Shown one piece after another: positions 45,546 through 54,963 of a stretch of DNA of 64,000 bases. The notes beneath the pieces were generated by a model. It searched no databases and was not told the DNA's origin. It saw only the letters and a program-made list of their open reading frames with translations. The DNA is from Pseudomonas phage pPa_SNUABM_DT01: sequence record MW735835.1; one strand, written 5' to 3'. Made by a program: the position numbers and the translations under genes. The first letter of the stretch is position 1, and every line of letters starts with the position of its first letter.

Positions 45546-46391
45546 ATGTCCGAACATGAAGCCCGCCAAGACCAGCGCATTGCTGAACTGGAAGCCCGCC
45601 TGGAAACCGCCGAGAAAAGCCTGACCACCGCGAACAGCGTCATCCTCGGCCTGCAACGCAGCATCGTCGATATCACCGCTGACCACGTTCACCGCGTGTT
45701 CAACGACCCGGTGCTGGTCGACAGCCTGGCTCAGCGCTTCTTCATCGCCGCTGCCAACGCGATCGCCTTCAAGGCCAAGTCCTCCAAGCAGCGCACCCCG
45801 CAGCTGGTCGTGATCGAGCAGTACATCCCGGGCGCCATCCGCGCTACCCTGCAAGAAAACGGCGACGTCTTCATCGAAGAGCAGACCGAAGGCGGCGAGT
45901 GGAAGTCCGGCGAAGCACTGTCCGAGCAGATGCGCACCCCGGAAGTGCAGACTGCCTTCGGCAACCTGCTGATCTCCTACACCGCCGAAGTCGGCAAGCC
46001 CTACTTCATCACCGAGGACGTGTACCTCGAAGAGTTCCGCGCTCAGGCTTCCCAGCAAGCTCTGGCCGTGGTCAAGGGCGTGGAAGACACCGCCGCCAAG
46101 GCGCAAGTGCGCATCACCACCCGTCCGGCCCCGCTGGGCGACGCCCCGGTGAGCGAAGACGCCAGCAACGACCTGACCATGGACGTACCGTTCGACGCGG
46201 TCTTCCACATCAAGCAAGCTGACGGCTCCGTCGTGGAAACCCTGGCCAGCGCCGTGAAAGAAGGCGACGTCGCCATCGTTTCCCGCAACGAGCAGGTCAT
46301 CCAGGAAGTGATCATCGCTGCCGTGCCGGTCGTGGCCGAAGAAGCTCCGGTTGAAGCCGAAGCGCCTGCCGCCGAAGCTGCCGCGCAGTAA
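45546..46391 (+). CDS. hypothetical protein with an N-terminal coiled coil and an Ala/Glu/Pro-rich C-terminus
   Basis: SD aaggagtaacacccgATG. QRIAELEARLETAEKSL heptad-like. The antisense ORFs 45504..46217 and 46043..46399 were rejected. Confidence 0.65.
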   Translation: MSEHEARQDQRIAELEARLETAEKSLTTANSVILGLQRSIVDITADHVHRVFNDPVLVDSLAQRFFIAAANAIAFKAKSSKQRTPQLVVIEQYIPGAIRATLQENGDVFIEEQTEGGEWKSGEALSEQMRTPEVQTAFGNLLISYTAEVGKPYFITEDVYLEEFRAQASQQALAVVKGVEDTAAKAQVRITTRPAPLGDAPVSEDASNDLTMDVPFDAVFHIKQADGSVVETLASAVKEGDVAIVSRNEQVIQEVIIAAVPVVAEEAPVEAEAPAAEAAAQ

Positions 46392-46398
46392 GTCAGCA

Positions 46399-46428
46399 TA
46401 GAGGGAGGCTTCGGCCTCCCTCTTTTAT
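46399..46428 (+). terminator. hairpin agagggaggcttcggcctccctct plus ttttatgg
   Basis: Perfect 10-bp stem with a uucg-type loop and a short T-run. CATAGAG flank. Confidence 0.55.
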
Positions 46429-46440
46429 GGAGATAAGGTC

Positions 46441-47040
46441 ATGCAACTGACTCCCGATGATTTTGCCCGTCTGGAAGAGATGGATCGTGAAGCCAATGCC
46501 CGCCTGAGCGAGCGTGACTTTGTCGGTCGTCTGCTTCCGCACCTGATCCCGAACGAAGATGGCTCGGTGAGCAATCGCCGTGTAGACATCTATGTGGAAG
46601 CCGCTGGCCACGCTCAGCGCATGATCGACGTCTACGCTGACAACGATCCCACCAAGATCCTCTACACCGTTCCGCCGCTGATCAGCCCGACCCCGATGGT
46701 CATCCGTTCGGTCCAGGCCAACCCGGAAACCGACATCGGCGAACTGTCCGCCACGTTCGAGGCCCAGATCACCACCGCTCACCCGGGTGCTGTGATCGAA
46801 GCGTTCGTTCACCGCCTGATGGCGCTCAACTACAGCCCGGCTGACGCGATCTCCACCGTCTACAGCATGATGTGGGCGAAGATCTACCGTCGCTACAACA
46901 TCCCGCTGGAACGCCTGTTCGGCGAGAACGCCGCTGCCGTCGAGAAGCAGCTCGGCCTGGCTCCACAGGAAGAAGACGCCCAAGCGTCGAAAAGGACCGT
47001 ACTCAATGAGATTGCAGACGACGACATCGAACCGCTCTGA
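46441..47040 (+). CDS. hypothetical protein (199 aa)
   Basis: SD ggagataaggtcATG. Confidence 0.6.
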   Translation: MQLTPDDFARLEEMDREANARLSERDFVGRLLPHLIPNEDGSVSNRRVDIYVEAAGHAQRMIDVYADNDPTKILYTVPPLISPTPMVIRSVQANPETDIGELSATFEAQITTAHPGAVIEAFVHRLMALNYSPADAISTVYSMMWAKIYRRYNIPLERLFGENAAAVEKQLGLAPQEEDAQASKRTVLNEIADDDIEPL

Positions 47041-47047
47041 TTTGGTC

Positions 47048-48172
47048 ATGGCGTTCATCTCGGATATCCACCTGGCCCATCCGCGTACTTCCACGTACCA
47101 CATCATCCAGAACCTCCGCAAGGCGTTCCCGGACGATGAAGCCACGGGTAAGCTGGACATCCTGTTCTTCGCAGGCGACGTCTTTGACCGCCTAATGAAC
47201 CTGCCTCAGGATGAGGTGGACGCCATCCAAGAGTGGATTGGTGACGTTCTTCGCATCTGCGCCAAGCGTAACATCTTGGTGCGTGTTCTCGAAGGTACGC
47301 CCAGTCACGACTGGCGTCAGTCCAAACAGTTCGTCAACGTCAACAACACCCTGGATAAGCCAGCCAACCTGAAGTACGTCGATACCTTGAGTGTCGAAGT
47401 CATCAGTGAGCTGAACAACCTGAGTGTGTTGTACGTGCCGGACGAATGGAACGCTGACGCCAGCGTGACGCTCCAGCAAGCCAAGGAACTCCTGTCTATC
47501 CACGGGATGGAACAGGTGGACGTCGCTTGCATGCATGGCTCGTTCGATTACCAGCTTCCGATCGAATCGGTCAAGAACCACAACAGCGAAGCTTACTTGG
47601 CCATGGTGCGCCACTTCATCGGTATCGGTCACGTGCACATTCGCTCGGATCGGTCCATGCCAGCGTACAAGTCCATCATCCTGGCTCAGGGGTCGTTCGA
47701 TCGCCTGTCCCACGGTGAGGAAGCCGCCAAAGGACACTACAGGGCTTGCATCTCGTCTGTCGGTAACTACCACTGGTTTGTGGAGAACACCGGCGCACGG
47801 ATCTACAAGACCCTGGACTGCCGCGAGATGTCGGTGGATGAAACCATCGAGATGCTCGAGCATTACGAAGAGTACCCGGACGAGTCTTGCTTCCGTCTGG
47901 TGATCAAGCGCAACAGCACGGTGCAGCACGGCATGCGTGACTTGCGCAAGCGGTTCCCGCAGTTCAAGTTGACCACCCAGATGGATGACCTGAAAGCCCA
48001 GGAAGAAGTCAACCTGGTGCAGCCGCAGGTCAAGGCCGTCAAACCCATCAGCATCACGCCCACCAACATCGTGCATTTGGTCAGTGAGCGTTTGAAGCGG
48101 CGTTACGCCGAAGACGACCCTCGTGCCCAGAAGGTACTCAAGGTGTTGGTCAAGCATAAGGAGGCGTTATGA
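47048..48172 (+). CDS. SbcD/Mre11-type calcineurin-like metallophosphoesterase (recombination/repair nuclease)
   Basis: Motif I AFISDIHLAHP (D-x-H), motif II FFAGDVFDR (GDxxDR), motif III VLEGTPSHD (GNH[DE]-like) and downstream H-rich motifs (ACMHGSFDY, GIGHVH). Start chosen so that motif I sits at residues 4-9, as in SbcD; an upstream ATG at 47006 is also possible. Confidence 0.6.
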   Translation: MAFISDIHLAHPRTSTYHIIQNLRKAFPDDEATGKLDILFFAGDVFDRLMNLPQDEVDAIQEWIGDVLRICAKRNILVRVLEGTPSHDWRQSKQFVNVNNTLDKPANLKYVDTLSVEVISELNNLSVLYVPDEWNADASVTLQQAKELLSIHGMEQVDVACMHGSFDYQLPIESVKNHNSEAYLAMVRHFIGIGHVHIRSDRSMPAYKSIILAQGSFDRLSHGEEAAKGHYRACISSVGNYHWFVENTGARIYKTLDCREMSVDETIEMLEHYEEYPDESCFRLVIKRNSTVQHGMRDLRKRFPQFKLTTQMDDLKAQEEVNLVQPQVKAVKPISITPTNIVHLVSERLKRRYAEDDPRAQKVLKVLVKHKEAL

Positions 48173-49035
48173 GTGATCCACGGGCCATTGAGGCCGTCTC
48201 CAGCCGTGAGGTGGGGCAAATCCCCATCTCCATCGGTAGTAGTCTGGCCCTTGAGGGTGCGTTTGGCATCCTTGAGGATCACCCCAACCCGAACCCCATC
48301 ATCAACAATGTGGACGTCCTGTACGTCAACATCCGGACCCTGATCCGGAACATGGTGGGGGCCATCAACAGTGAGCAATTGACCTACGTCTTCCCCGAGG
48401 ACTTGGCCAATGCTTTGCTGAATGAGATCACGGTCCTGGAAGGGGCAGTGACTCGGGTGAGCAACGGCCGCGTCAAGGTCGTTCCTTATCTGTGCAACTA
48501 TCGGGGAATTCCCAAGAAGTTCCCGTACGCCATCCTGAAGAACGCTAACACCGAACGACAGAAAATGGCAGCGTTGAGGGAAGAGAACACGGTCATCGAG
48601 TTCCTCCACCTCTTGCAGCACCGTCCGGACATCCGGATCATCGAGACGGACATTGATCTTCAGCAGGATAACCGCAAGGTCCTGATGATGACCAGTTACG
48701 CCGTTGACTTGCTGCAACGCTACAAGTTCTCGTCCCTCACCCTGCTGGAGTCTCACACTGGCGCGGCGAAGCCGCCCGCTTTGTGGTACACCAAACTCAC
48801 CAATGGTAAGGAGTTGGAGCACATTCCGTTCGATCGGATGACGCTTCAGTTCTTTGGCGACAACGGCAACCTCTTTACCGGTTTTCCGATAAAGTTCCGC
48901 CGGGTGATGCTTGACATCGCCAAGAAAAACCGCTGGACAGCGCTGACGACCAAGGACTACATCATCCAATCCGTGAAGAAGGCTTACGAGCCGGAACTGG
49001 AGAAATTGGTGATGAATCTGTACGCGAAAGCCTGA
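48169..49035 (+). CDS. hypothetical protein (288 aa)
   Basis: ATGA overlap with the nuclease gene. Not coiled-coil or Rad50-like. Confidence 0.6.
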   Translation: MSDPRAIEAVSSREVGQIPISIGSSLALEGAFGILEDHPNPNPIINNVDVLYVNIRTLIRNMVGAINSEQLTYVFPEDLANALLNEITVLEGAVTRVSNGRVKVVPYLCNYRGIPKKFPYAILKNANTERQKMAALREENTVIEFLHLLQHRPDIRIIETDIDLQQDNRKVLMMTSYAVDLLQRYKFSSLTLLESHTGAAKPPALWYTKLTNGKELEHIPFDRMTLQFFGDNGNLFTGFPIKFRRVMLDIAKKNRWTALTTKDYIIQSVKKAYEPELEKLVMNLYAKA

Positions 49036-49116
49036 GGGGAATCCCGCGGGTAAAAAAGAAACTCTAGGTCCTATTGTTTGGACAAAAGCGATCACATCTG
49101 TTTCGGAGATCAGTAA

Positions 49117-49890
49117 ATGAGTGAACAGAACCAGCGTCCGGAAACCATTCTGGACGATCCCAGTCTGGCCCTCAAAGCAAAGCGCCAGGACGGCATGGAG
49201 GGTGATCCCACTCTGCGCCCGGCCTATTACGAGAACAACCCGCGTCTGGTCGTGAAGACCAAGGTGCCCAACGACAAGAACAACGGCAAGATCGAGGCAG
49301 CGCTGTCCAACCGCGCTTTCTACTCCGTGCTGCGTGCTCTGGAAATGGTCGCCGAGTCCTCCAGTCCGATCGTGGTCTTCCTGGACAACAAAGGTCACCG
49401 CTTCGTCGACAAGAAGCGCGACCCGAACCCGTCCATCATGAGCTGCATCAAGCTCGAGAAGAACAACGAAGGCGTGATTTCGATCTGTATCAGTGCCGGT
49501 AAGAACCGTCCGCTGATCGAGTTCCCGTTCCTCGACTGCACCTATCACCAGTTCCGCGATGGCAACGGCAGCATGCCGGTGAGCACCGCGTCCAAGCTGT
49601 ACTGCCTGGGCTGGATCGACGTGATGCGCGAATACCTGCCTGCGGTCATCGAGAAGCACTACGCCAAGCCGGCGTGGATGGCTCGTCGTGAACAAGGCGG
49701 TGGCGGTAACAACAACTGGGGCAACCGCGGTGGTAACAGCGGTGGCGGCGGCAACTGGAACAACGGCGGCAATCGTGGCGGACAGCAGTCCGGCGGTGGC
49801 GGTGGTTGGGGCGGTGGTGGCGGTCAGCAACAGTCTGCAAGTGTGTCCGGCGGAAGTGATTTCAACTTCGACGACGACGTGCCTCTCTAA
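49117..49890 (+). CDS. SSB-like protein with a Gly/Asn-rich linker and an acidic SSB C-tail mimic
   Basis: C-terminus GGGGNNNWGNRGGNSGGGG...GGGGQQQSASVSGGSDFNFDDDVPL closely parallels the bacterial SSB tail (...GG...MDFDDDIPF). SD ggagatcagtaaATG. Confidence 0.5.
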   Translation: MSEQNQRPETILDDPSLALKAKRQDGMEGDPTLRPAYYENNPRLVVKTKVPNDKNNGKIEAALSNRAFYSVLRALEMVAESSSPIVVFLDNKGHRFVDKKRDPNPSIMSCIKLEKNNEGVISICISAGKNRPLIEFPFLDCTYHQFRDGNGSMPVSTASKLYCLGWIDVMREYLPAVIEKHYAKPAWMARREQGGGGNNNWGNRGGNSGGGGNWNNGGNRGGQQSGGGGGWGGGGGQQQSASVSGGSDFNFDDDVPL

Positions 49891-49996
49891 GGACTAATCC
49901 CATCATCGAGTAGATGAATCGTCACAGGGTCGGACTCGACCCTGTGACGACCTTATACCCTGTTGACGGGAGGATTTCTGCTGAAGCGTTTTATAG

Positions 49997-50020
49997 CGAT
50001 ACATTATATCCTTGAATACC
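49997..50020 (+). promoter_or_regulatory. promoter-like box cgATACATTATatccttgaatacc (class B)
   Basis: Located 25 nt upstream of the ATG at 50045. Confidence 0.45.
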
Positions 50021-50044
50021 AGTAACCATTGAGGTTGTTAGACG

Positions 50045-51607
50045 ATGCAGATTCATATCCATGAACTGTCGGGCAAGGGCATCACGATGCTCCGACTCGA
50101 GCACAAGGGTGAGCAGTTGCTGCTATCTGCGGGCAGCTATCACTCGGCGGCTATCATCAATCGCGAAGTGCTGTTCAAGGAGACCAACGAATTTCTGAAG
50201 TCCCTTCCGGACGAAGACCAGGATCGACTGTGGAGCATCTACCAGCGTGTGGATGACTACCTGTCGTCTGAAGAGATTCGTTCGTCCTTCTTTATCCGCG
50301 CCGAAGTGGAGCGGGTGGTCAAGGAGCTGTACCAGATCATCGGGTACCCGCAGCTTCGTGCGTTCATCGACAAGATTCGTCCGGACATCCCGGGCGACGT
50401 GAGTGAGAAGTTCGAGGAATTCAACGAACGTGGCCGGAACTACCGGAGCCGTACCTACATCAAGCCGGATTACCTGGACTTGGTGGCAATGGCCTTGGGC
50501 CTGCGTTTCATGGTGCCGGTCTGGGGCATGTACATCCAGAACGTCTCGTCCATCAACGGCAACGGCTACAAGGAATCCGAAGCGGTCAAGCTCATCGAGC
50601 TGGCTGGCGTGGATAAATGGCCGCCGTACATCCGGATGAACGAGTACATCGAAGCGAGCGTGGAGAAAGAAGTCAGCATGACCATGGTCATGGCCGGCCT
50701 CTCCTCCGAGGAAGTCCCGCGGCACCTGATGGCGATGGCCTTGGTCCGCAAGATTTCCATCGGCCCGCTGAGCACCACTCAGGAACGCGACAGCTTGGCG
50801 CGCATCCTGTTCAACTACGTTACGGGCACCCACCTGCGTATGGATGGGCGGTTTGCGAGTGTGACTGGCATCGTCCAGGCCAAACGCCACCGCAATCTGG
50901 ACAAAGGTGACGAGGACAACTCCTCGGTGCTGGACGACTACAACCAGACGACTGAGATCACCGAGGGTGATCGTCAGATGATCGAGGTCTTCAGTGAGAA
51001 TGTCGCGGTGATTGTGAACCGTGCAGCTCCTGACTTGGACCTGGCCCGGGTGCAGCAGTGCATCTCGGTCTGCTCACGGCACGAGGCCCGTCCGGTCGAA
51101 GCGTTCCAGAAAGCCATCGTGTTCTGGGTTCTGCGTTCCATCTCGCCGGAAGCGCGTGAGCTGCTGCTCAAGCGTACCCATTTCCGCCTGATGGGCATTG
51201 CGCAAGCAATCCTGGATCACTGGGGTTTCCACGAACTGGCCATCCTGGTCTCGGCGGAGGAGTACATCCACGAGGACGGTGAAGCTTTCATTCCGATGGA
51301 GACCCGTAACAAAATCACCCGTCAGCAAGCCGAGATTCTCGACAAGCAGTATCCGTACTACCGTCAGGAATCGAAGCGTCAAGACCCCGGCAAACGCGGC
51401 AACGTCGCGGTAATCGCCATCGACCAAGTCGTCGATTGGATGAGCGGCCGGGCTTGGAAGCCACATGCACCGCGCGACATCATCGAGAAGATCCCGTTGC
51501 TTTCTCAGACCGGGTACCTGTACATCTCTGGTGATATTCGCCGTCAACTAGCCGACATGATCATTCGTGTCAACAACAACCTGGGGAGCCAACATGCAAC
51601 TGCTTGA
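50045..51607 (+). CDS. hypothetical protein (520 aa)
   Basis: Balanced composition. The antisense ORFs 50123..50890 and 51074..51547 were rejected. Confidence 0.65.
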   Translation: MQIHIHELSGKGITMLRLEHKGEQLLLSAGSYHSAAIINREVLFKETNEFLKSLPDEDQDRLWSIYQRVDDYLSSEEIRSSFFIRAEVERVVKELYQIIGYPQLRAFIDKIRPDIPGDVSEKFEEFNERGRNYRSRTYIKPDYLDLVAMALGLRFMVPVWGMYIQNVSSINGNGYKESEAVKLIELAGVDKWPPYIRMNEYIEASVEKEVSMTMVMAGLSSEEVPRHLMAMALVRKISIGPLSTTQERDSLARILFNYVTGTHLRMDGRFASVTGIVQAKRHRNLDKGDEDNSSVLDDYNQTTEITEGDRQMIEVFSENVAVIVNRAAPDLDLARVQQCISVCSRHEARPVEAFQKAIVFWVLRSISPEARELLLKRTHFRLMGIAQAILDHWGFHELAILVSAEEYIHEDGEAFIPMETRNKITRQQAEILDKQYPYYRQESKRQDPGKRGNVAVIAIDQVVDWMSGRAWKPHAPRDIIEKIPLLSQTGYLYISGDIRRQLADMIIRVNNNLGSQHATA

Positions 51608-53096
51608 GATCGTATTCCGTGAGCGTCAGGGATACCGCGACATGCCGATTCGTCCGTTTGGTAGCGATGCTACTCCGGACTTGATCCGTATGCTCGACCA
51701 TGACACTCGTGGTGGCTCTGACATCGCGCCTGCTGCCCTTAGCCGCGTAGCTGGCCGTATCATCCGTCCATTGGCCAACACCCAAGGCCAGGCAATCATT
51801 GCCAACGGCTGGGGTGAGAAGCGCTTCATGTTCATCATGACCGTCCTGGTTCGTAAGACCACGACCGCGGTGTCGACGCTGGAAATCTCCGGCTACACCG
51901 ACCACGTAGGTGCTCACCAAGGCCTGCGTGGCATCTCGCTGGACGAAGACATGGCGATGTACTTCAACTCGATCACCGAGCTGAACCAGAGCTACATGGA
52001 CACCCCCACCGGTGGCGGCTGGCGCACCCAGATCGCTTCCTCCAACCACCTCATCACCCCGCAGACTCTGCCGGACTTCAGTCGTGACCGCCTCTCCCCG
52101 GGCACCATGACCATGCGCCCCGAGGACGTGTTCCACAACAACCCGAAGAACGTGGTGCAGAATGCGTTCCAGCGCCGTGCCTCGCAAGAGAACTGGCTGG
52201 ACATGCGCCATGGCTTCACGGGCAATGCCCTGCGGATGTCGAACCGCCTGAACGACAGCTCGACTCGCTTCCTGCACCGCTCCCTGCGAGCGCTGGCAAC
52301 GGCGAACGAAGGCGAAGTGTTCGGCCAAGATGGTCAATTCGACCGCGACACCAGCAAGATCCTCAAGGATGCCCGCAGTCAGGTCCGTGAAAAGACCCTC
52401 AGCGGTATTCCGGCTCTGGCCGAATTGGCCCGCGACACCAACATCCTCGACCAAGGTTTCATCACCTATGGCGAGCTGGTCGCAATGAACCCGGACTACC
52501 AGTGGAACGACGTCAAGATCTACTTCGCTACGCCGGAGATGACTCGTGACCACCGTAACCTGACCGGCTGGGGCGGCAAGGATAACACCACCATCGCCGC
52601 CAACCAGATCGCCCGGGCCCTGCCGACCTTCATGGCGTTCCACCACATCGGCTACGTCGAGTTCCATGCTGACAACATGTCGGCAATGGGTGAGCCGGTC
52701 GTGGTCATGCCGCAAGTCCTGCCGATGCTGGGCAAGCGTGTGACCGAACGGTCGCTGATGGCGTTCGAAGAGCGCCTGATCACCGAGATGTTCGTGGACA
52801 TGCTGCCGTGGGAGAACTGCATGTTCGACCTGGAGGTGAAGGCTGGCCTGAACAACGACATCGACATCTGGATTCAGCTCGAAGGCGAAGACCCGGGCGA
52901 GTTCAAGTTCCCGGTGTTCTGTGACTCCCTGGTAGCCCCGATCATCGTGGACGACCAGCGCACCATCGAAAGCATGAGCGAAACCATCAGCGGCATCGTT
53001 GACAGCCTGGGTAGCACTTATCGTGGCGACGACGACACCGGCTTCGAAGAAGGTCCGAGCATTCTCGATTCCACTGGCAACAAATTCAAGTTCTAA
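51594..53096 (+). CDS. hypothetical protein (500 aa)
   Basis: SD ggggagccaacATG. Overlaps the previous stop by 14 nt. The antisense ORF 51570..53900 (776 aa) was rejected. Confidence 0.65.
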   Translation: MQLLEIVFRERQGYRDMPIRPFGSDATPDLIRMLDHDTRGGSDIAPAALSRVAGRIIRPLANTQGQAIIANGWGEKRFMFIMTVLVRKTTTAVSTLEISGYTDHVGAHQGLRGISLDEDMAMYFNSITELNQSYMDTPTGGGWRTQIASSNHLITPQTLPDFSRDRLSPGTMTMRPEDVFHNNPKNVVQNAFQRRASQENWLDMRHGFTGNALRMSNRLNDSSTRFLHRSLRALATANEGEVFGQDGQFDRDTSKILKDARSQVREKTLSGIPALAELARDTNILDQGFITYGELVAMNPDYQWNDVKIYFATPEMTRDHRNLTGWGGKDNTTIAANQIARALPTFMAFHHIGYVEFHADNMSAMGEPVVVMPQVLPMLGKRVTERSLMAFEERLITEMFVDMLPWENCMFDLEVKAGLNNDIDIWIQLEGEDPGEFKFPVFCDSLVAPIIVDDQRTIESMSETISGIVDSLGSTYRGDDDTGFEEGPSILDSTGNKFKF

Positions 53097-53105
53097 GGAG
53101 TAAGC

Positions 53106-54491
53106 ATGGATCTCCCCGAGTTCAACCAACGGGTGCTGAATAGCATCGGCATCGTCGATGAGACCGGCAAGGGTCACCTGAGCCGTGTCATCGGCCCTGG
53201 CCAGCTGAGCCCGCTCACCATCGGCGGTAAACGTGTGGTGCTGCCCACCAGCGAGCACATGCGCGAAGGTGGCGACAACATCATCATCTTCCACCCGCTG
53301 TCGGAGAACATCACCCGCAGCGAATCCGACATGATCAAGTCCATGCGTGACCAGATCATGTACCGCCTGACCCTGGTTGCCGTCGATCTGATCGACAACC
53401 TGGGCCGGGTGGCCGCCACTGACAGCCTGCACGCCAAGCTGGACAAGGAATCGCAGAAGTACCTCAAGCTGGTCTCCGGCATGGACGTACGCACCTACGA
53501 GTTCCTCAAGAAGCTGATCCTGCGTATCGGCCCGCAGCCCGAGAAGCGTCTGATCTCCATCAGCCTGCGTAAGGGCAAGAACGCCGACGGCGTGCTGCGC
53601 TCTGCCCAGTTCAAGTTCCCGGTCCTCCAGGAAATGCTGGCGAACGAGCAGGAAGTCCTGGGCCTGAAATACCCGTCGAAGAAAGCCCGCAACACCCTCA
53701 TCGCCCTGTTCGAGATCGTGTTGGGCAACGAGGAGCAGCGCGCTCAGTACGACTACGGCAGCAAGAACATGACGGCACCGTACTTCGATGCGCTGATGAT
53801 GGGCTTCCACCGCATCGCCACGCACCTGAACGACGTGACCCGACGCCACCGGAAGTTGCTGGGCAAAGCCGTCAATGCCGAAGGTGAAACCCAATCGCAC
53901 GATCTGGCTGACGACCTGCTGTTCGACCTGACCTGGGAAGAAGGTATGGACCAGCTCGCTGAGCTGCGCCGTATCGTTCCGCCGCAGGAAGGTAACGAAG
54001 GTGCCATCATCGTTGCTGAACCCGGTCAGCTGGACAAGGAGAAGGTGACCCAGCGTGCCGCTGCTCGCCTGGCTCCTGCTGCACGTGCATCCAGTGAAAC
54101 GAAGAAGGAAGAAGTGGTCGACGTACCGTGGGACACCGACGACAACCAGGGTGCCCGTAGCCCGCGCCGCGAGGAAACTCGCCGTGATGCTCCGGCCCCG
54201 GCCCGTAGCGGTAAGTCGCTCGATGACTTCCTGTATGGCGACCAGCGTCGTGATGACCGCCGTGACAGCCGTGACGATCGTCGCTGGGGTCGTGATGACC
54301 GCAGTCAGGCACGTTGGGGCCGTGACAGCCGCGATGACCGCGGTGGTCGTCGTTTCGACCTGGGTCTGAGCGATGACCGCGGTGGCGATAGCCGTTGGTC
54401 CAGCATGGACTTCCGCCGTGAAGAGCGTGGCAGTGGTTCGGGTCGCCGTCCCTTCGGGTCTGGTAACCAGGACAACCGCCGTCGCTACTAA
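53106..54491 (+). CDS. hypothetical protein with an RD/RGG-rich low-complexity C-terminal tail (possible nucleic-acid binding)
   Basis: SD aaggagtaagcATG. The C-terminal 110 aa consist of imperfect RDDR/RWGRD/RGG repeats (DQRRDDRRDSRDDRRWGRDDRSQARWGRDSRDDRGGRRFD...). Confidence 0.65.
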   Translation: MDLPEFNQRVLNSIGIVDETGKGHLSRVIGPGQLSPLTIGGKRVVLPTSEHMREGGDNIIIFHPLSENITRSESDMIKSMRDQIMYRLTLVAVDLIDNLGRVAATDSLHAKLDKESQKYLKLVSGMDVRTYEFLKKLILRIGPQPEKRLISISLRKGKNADGVLRSAQFKFPVLQEMLANEQEVLGLKYPSKKARNTLIALFEIVLGNEEQRAQYDYGSKNMTAPYFDALMMGFHRIATHLNDVTRRHRKLLGKAVNAEGETQSHDLADDLLFDLTWEEGMDQLAELRRIVPPQEGNEGAIIVAEPGQLDKEKVTQRAAARLAPAARASSETKKEEVVDVPWDTDDNQGARSPRREETRRDAPAPARSGKSLDDFLYGDQRRDDRRDSRDDRRWGRDDRSQARWGRDSRDDRGGRRFDLGLSDDRGGDSRWSSMDFRREERGSGSGRRPFGSGNQDNRRRY

Positions 54492-54504
54492 CGGTCGGAC
54501 GGCA

Positions 54505-54540
54505 TAGAGGAGAGGGGCGACCCCTCTCCTCTTTCTTTGC
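54505..54540. terminator. bidirectional intrinsic terminator (agaggagaggggcgacccctctcctct plus tttctttg)
   Basis: Perfect 12-bp stem between the convergent genes 53106..54491 (+) and 54541..54879 (-). Confidence 0.7.
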
Positions 54541-54879
54541 CTAGATTCGCCCCGGCGTAAGACGGTACAGGTTCTTCAGGTTATCGACCACTCCTGGGTC
54601 GGGAACCATGATCTGTTTGAAATCCATTGTCATCTGGGTAGGACAATCGAAATTGTTGACGACCATGAAGATCAGCAAGTTTTCTATCGGGTACCCCAAT
54701 TCGATCATCAAGGAAGCGAAGTTGTACTCGAACTTGTGAACCACGCCCGGATCAAGGGCTGCCGGTACGCAGTTCGCTTTTAAGTAGGCTTCGTGAGCAT
54801 GCACAAAGCTAAGGAAGTCCGGCGAATGAAACATCGTATCGCCGCTGGCTACCATGAGTGAGTTCAATGCAGCAGTCAT
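54541..54879 (-). CDS. hypothetical small protein (112 aa)
   Basis: Minus ORF with normal composition. Confidence 0.55.
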   Translation of the reverse strand: MTAALNSLMVASGDTMFHSPDFLSFVHAHEAYLKANCVPAALDPGVVHKFEYNFASLMIELGYPIENLLIFMVVNNFDCPTQMTMDFKQIMVPDPGVVDNLKNLYRLTPGRI

Positions 54880-54900
54880 GCTCAGTCCTCGTTTGAATTT

Positions 54901-54926
54901 TCTTCAGAAATACATTATCTAGTTGG
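54901..54926 (+). promoter_or_regulatory. promoter-like box ttcttcagaaATACATTATCtagttgg (class B)
   Basis: Shares ttcttcagaa plus the AT box with 62491-62512. Located 38 nt upstream of the ATG at 54964. Confidence 0.5.
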
Positions 54927-54963
54927 CAAGCCAATGCTCACCTGTAGTGTAAGGGAGTCACCG

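Noticed and set aside
47192-49830. Minus ORFs 47192..48157 (321 aa) and 48103..49830 (575 aa)
   Set aside because: Antisense to the SbcD-like, 288-aa and SSB-like genes. V/D/H/G-biased.
49690-49860. G-rich DNA repeats (ggtggcggt...) as a possible non-coding repeat or CRISPR-like array
   Set aside because: They lie inside a coding frame and encode the Gly/Asn-rich linker of the SSB-like protein. No spacer-repeat regularity.
51570-53900. 776-aa minus ORF and 50123..50890 minus ORF
   Set aside because: Antisense composition. The + genes form a compact co-directional block with SDs.
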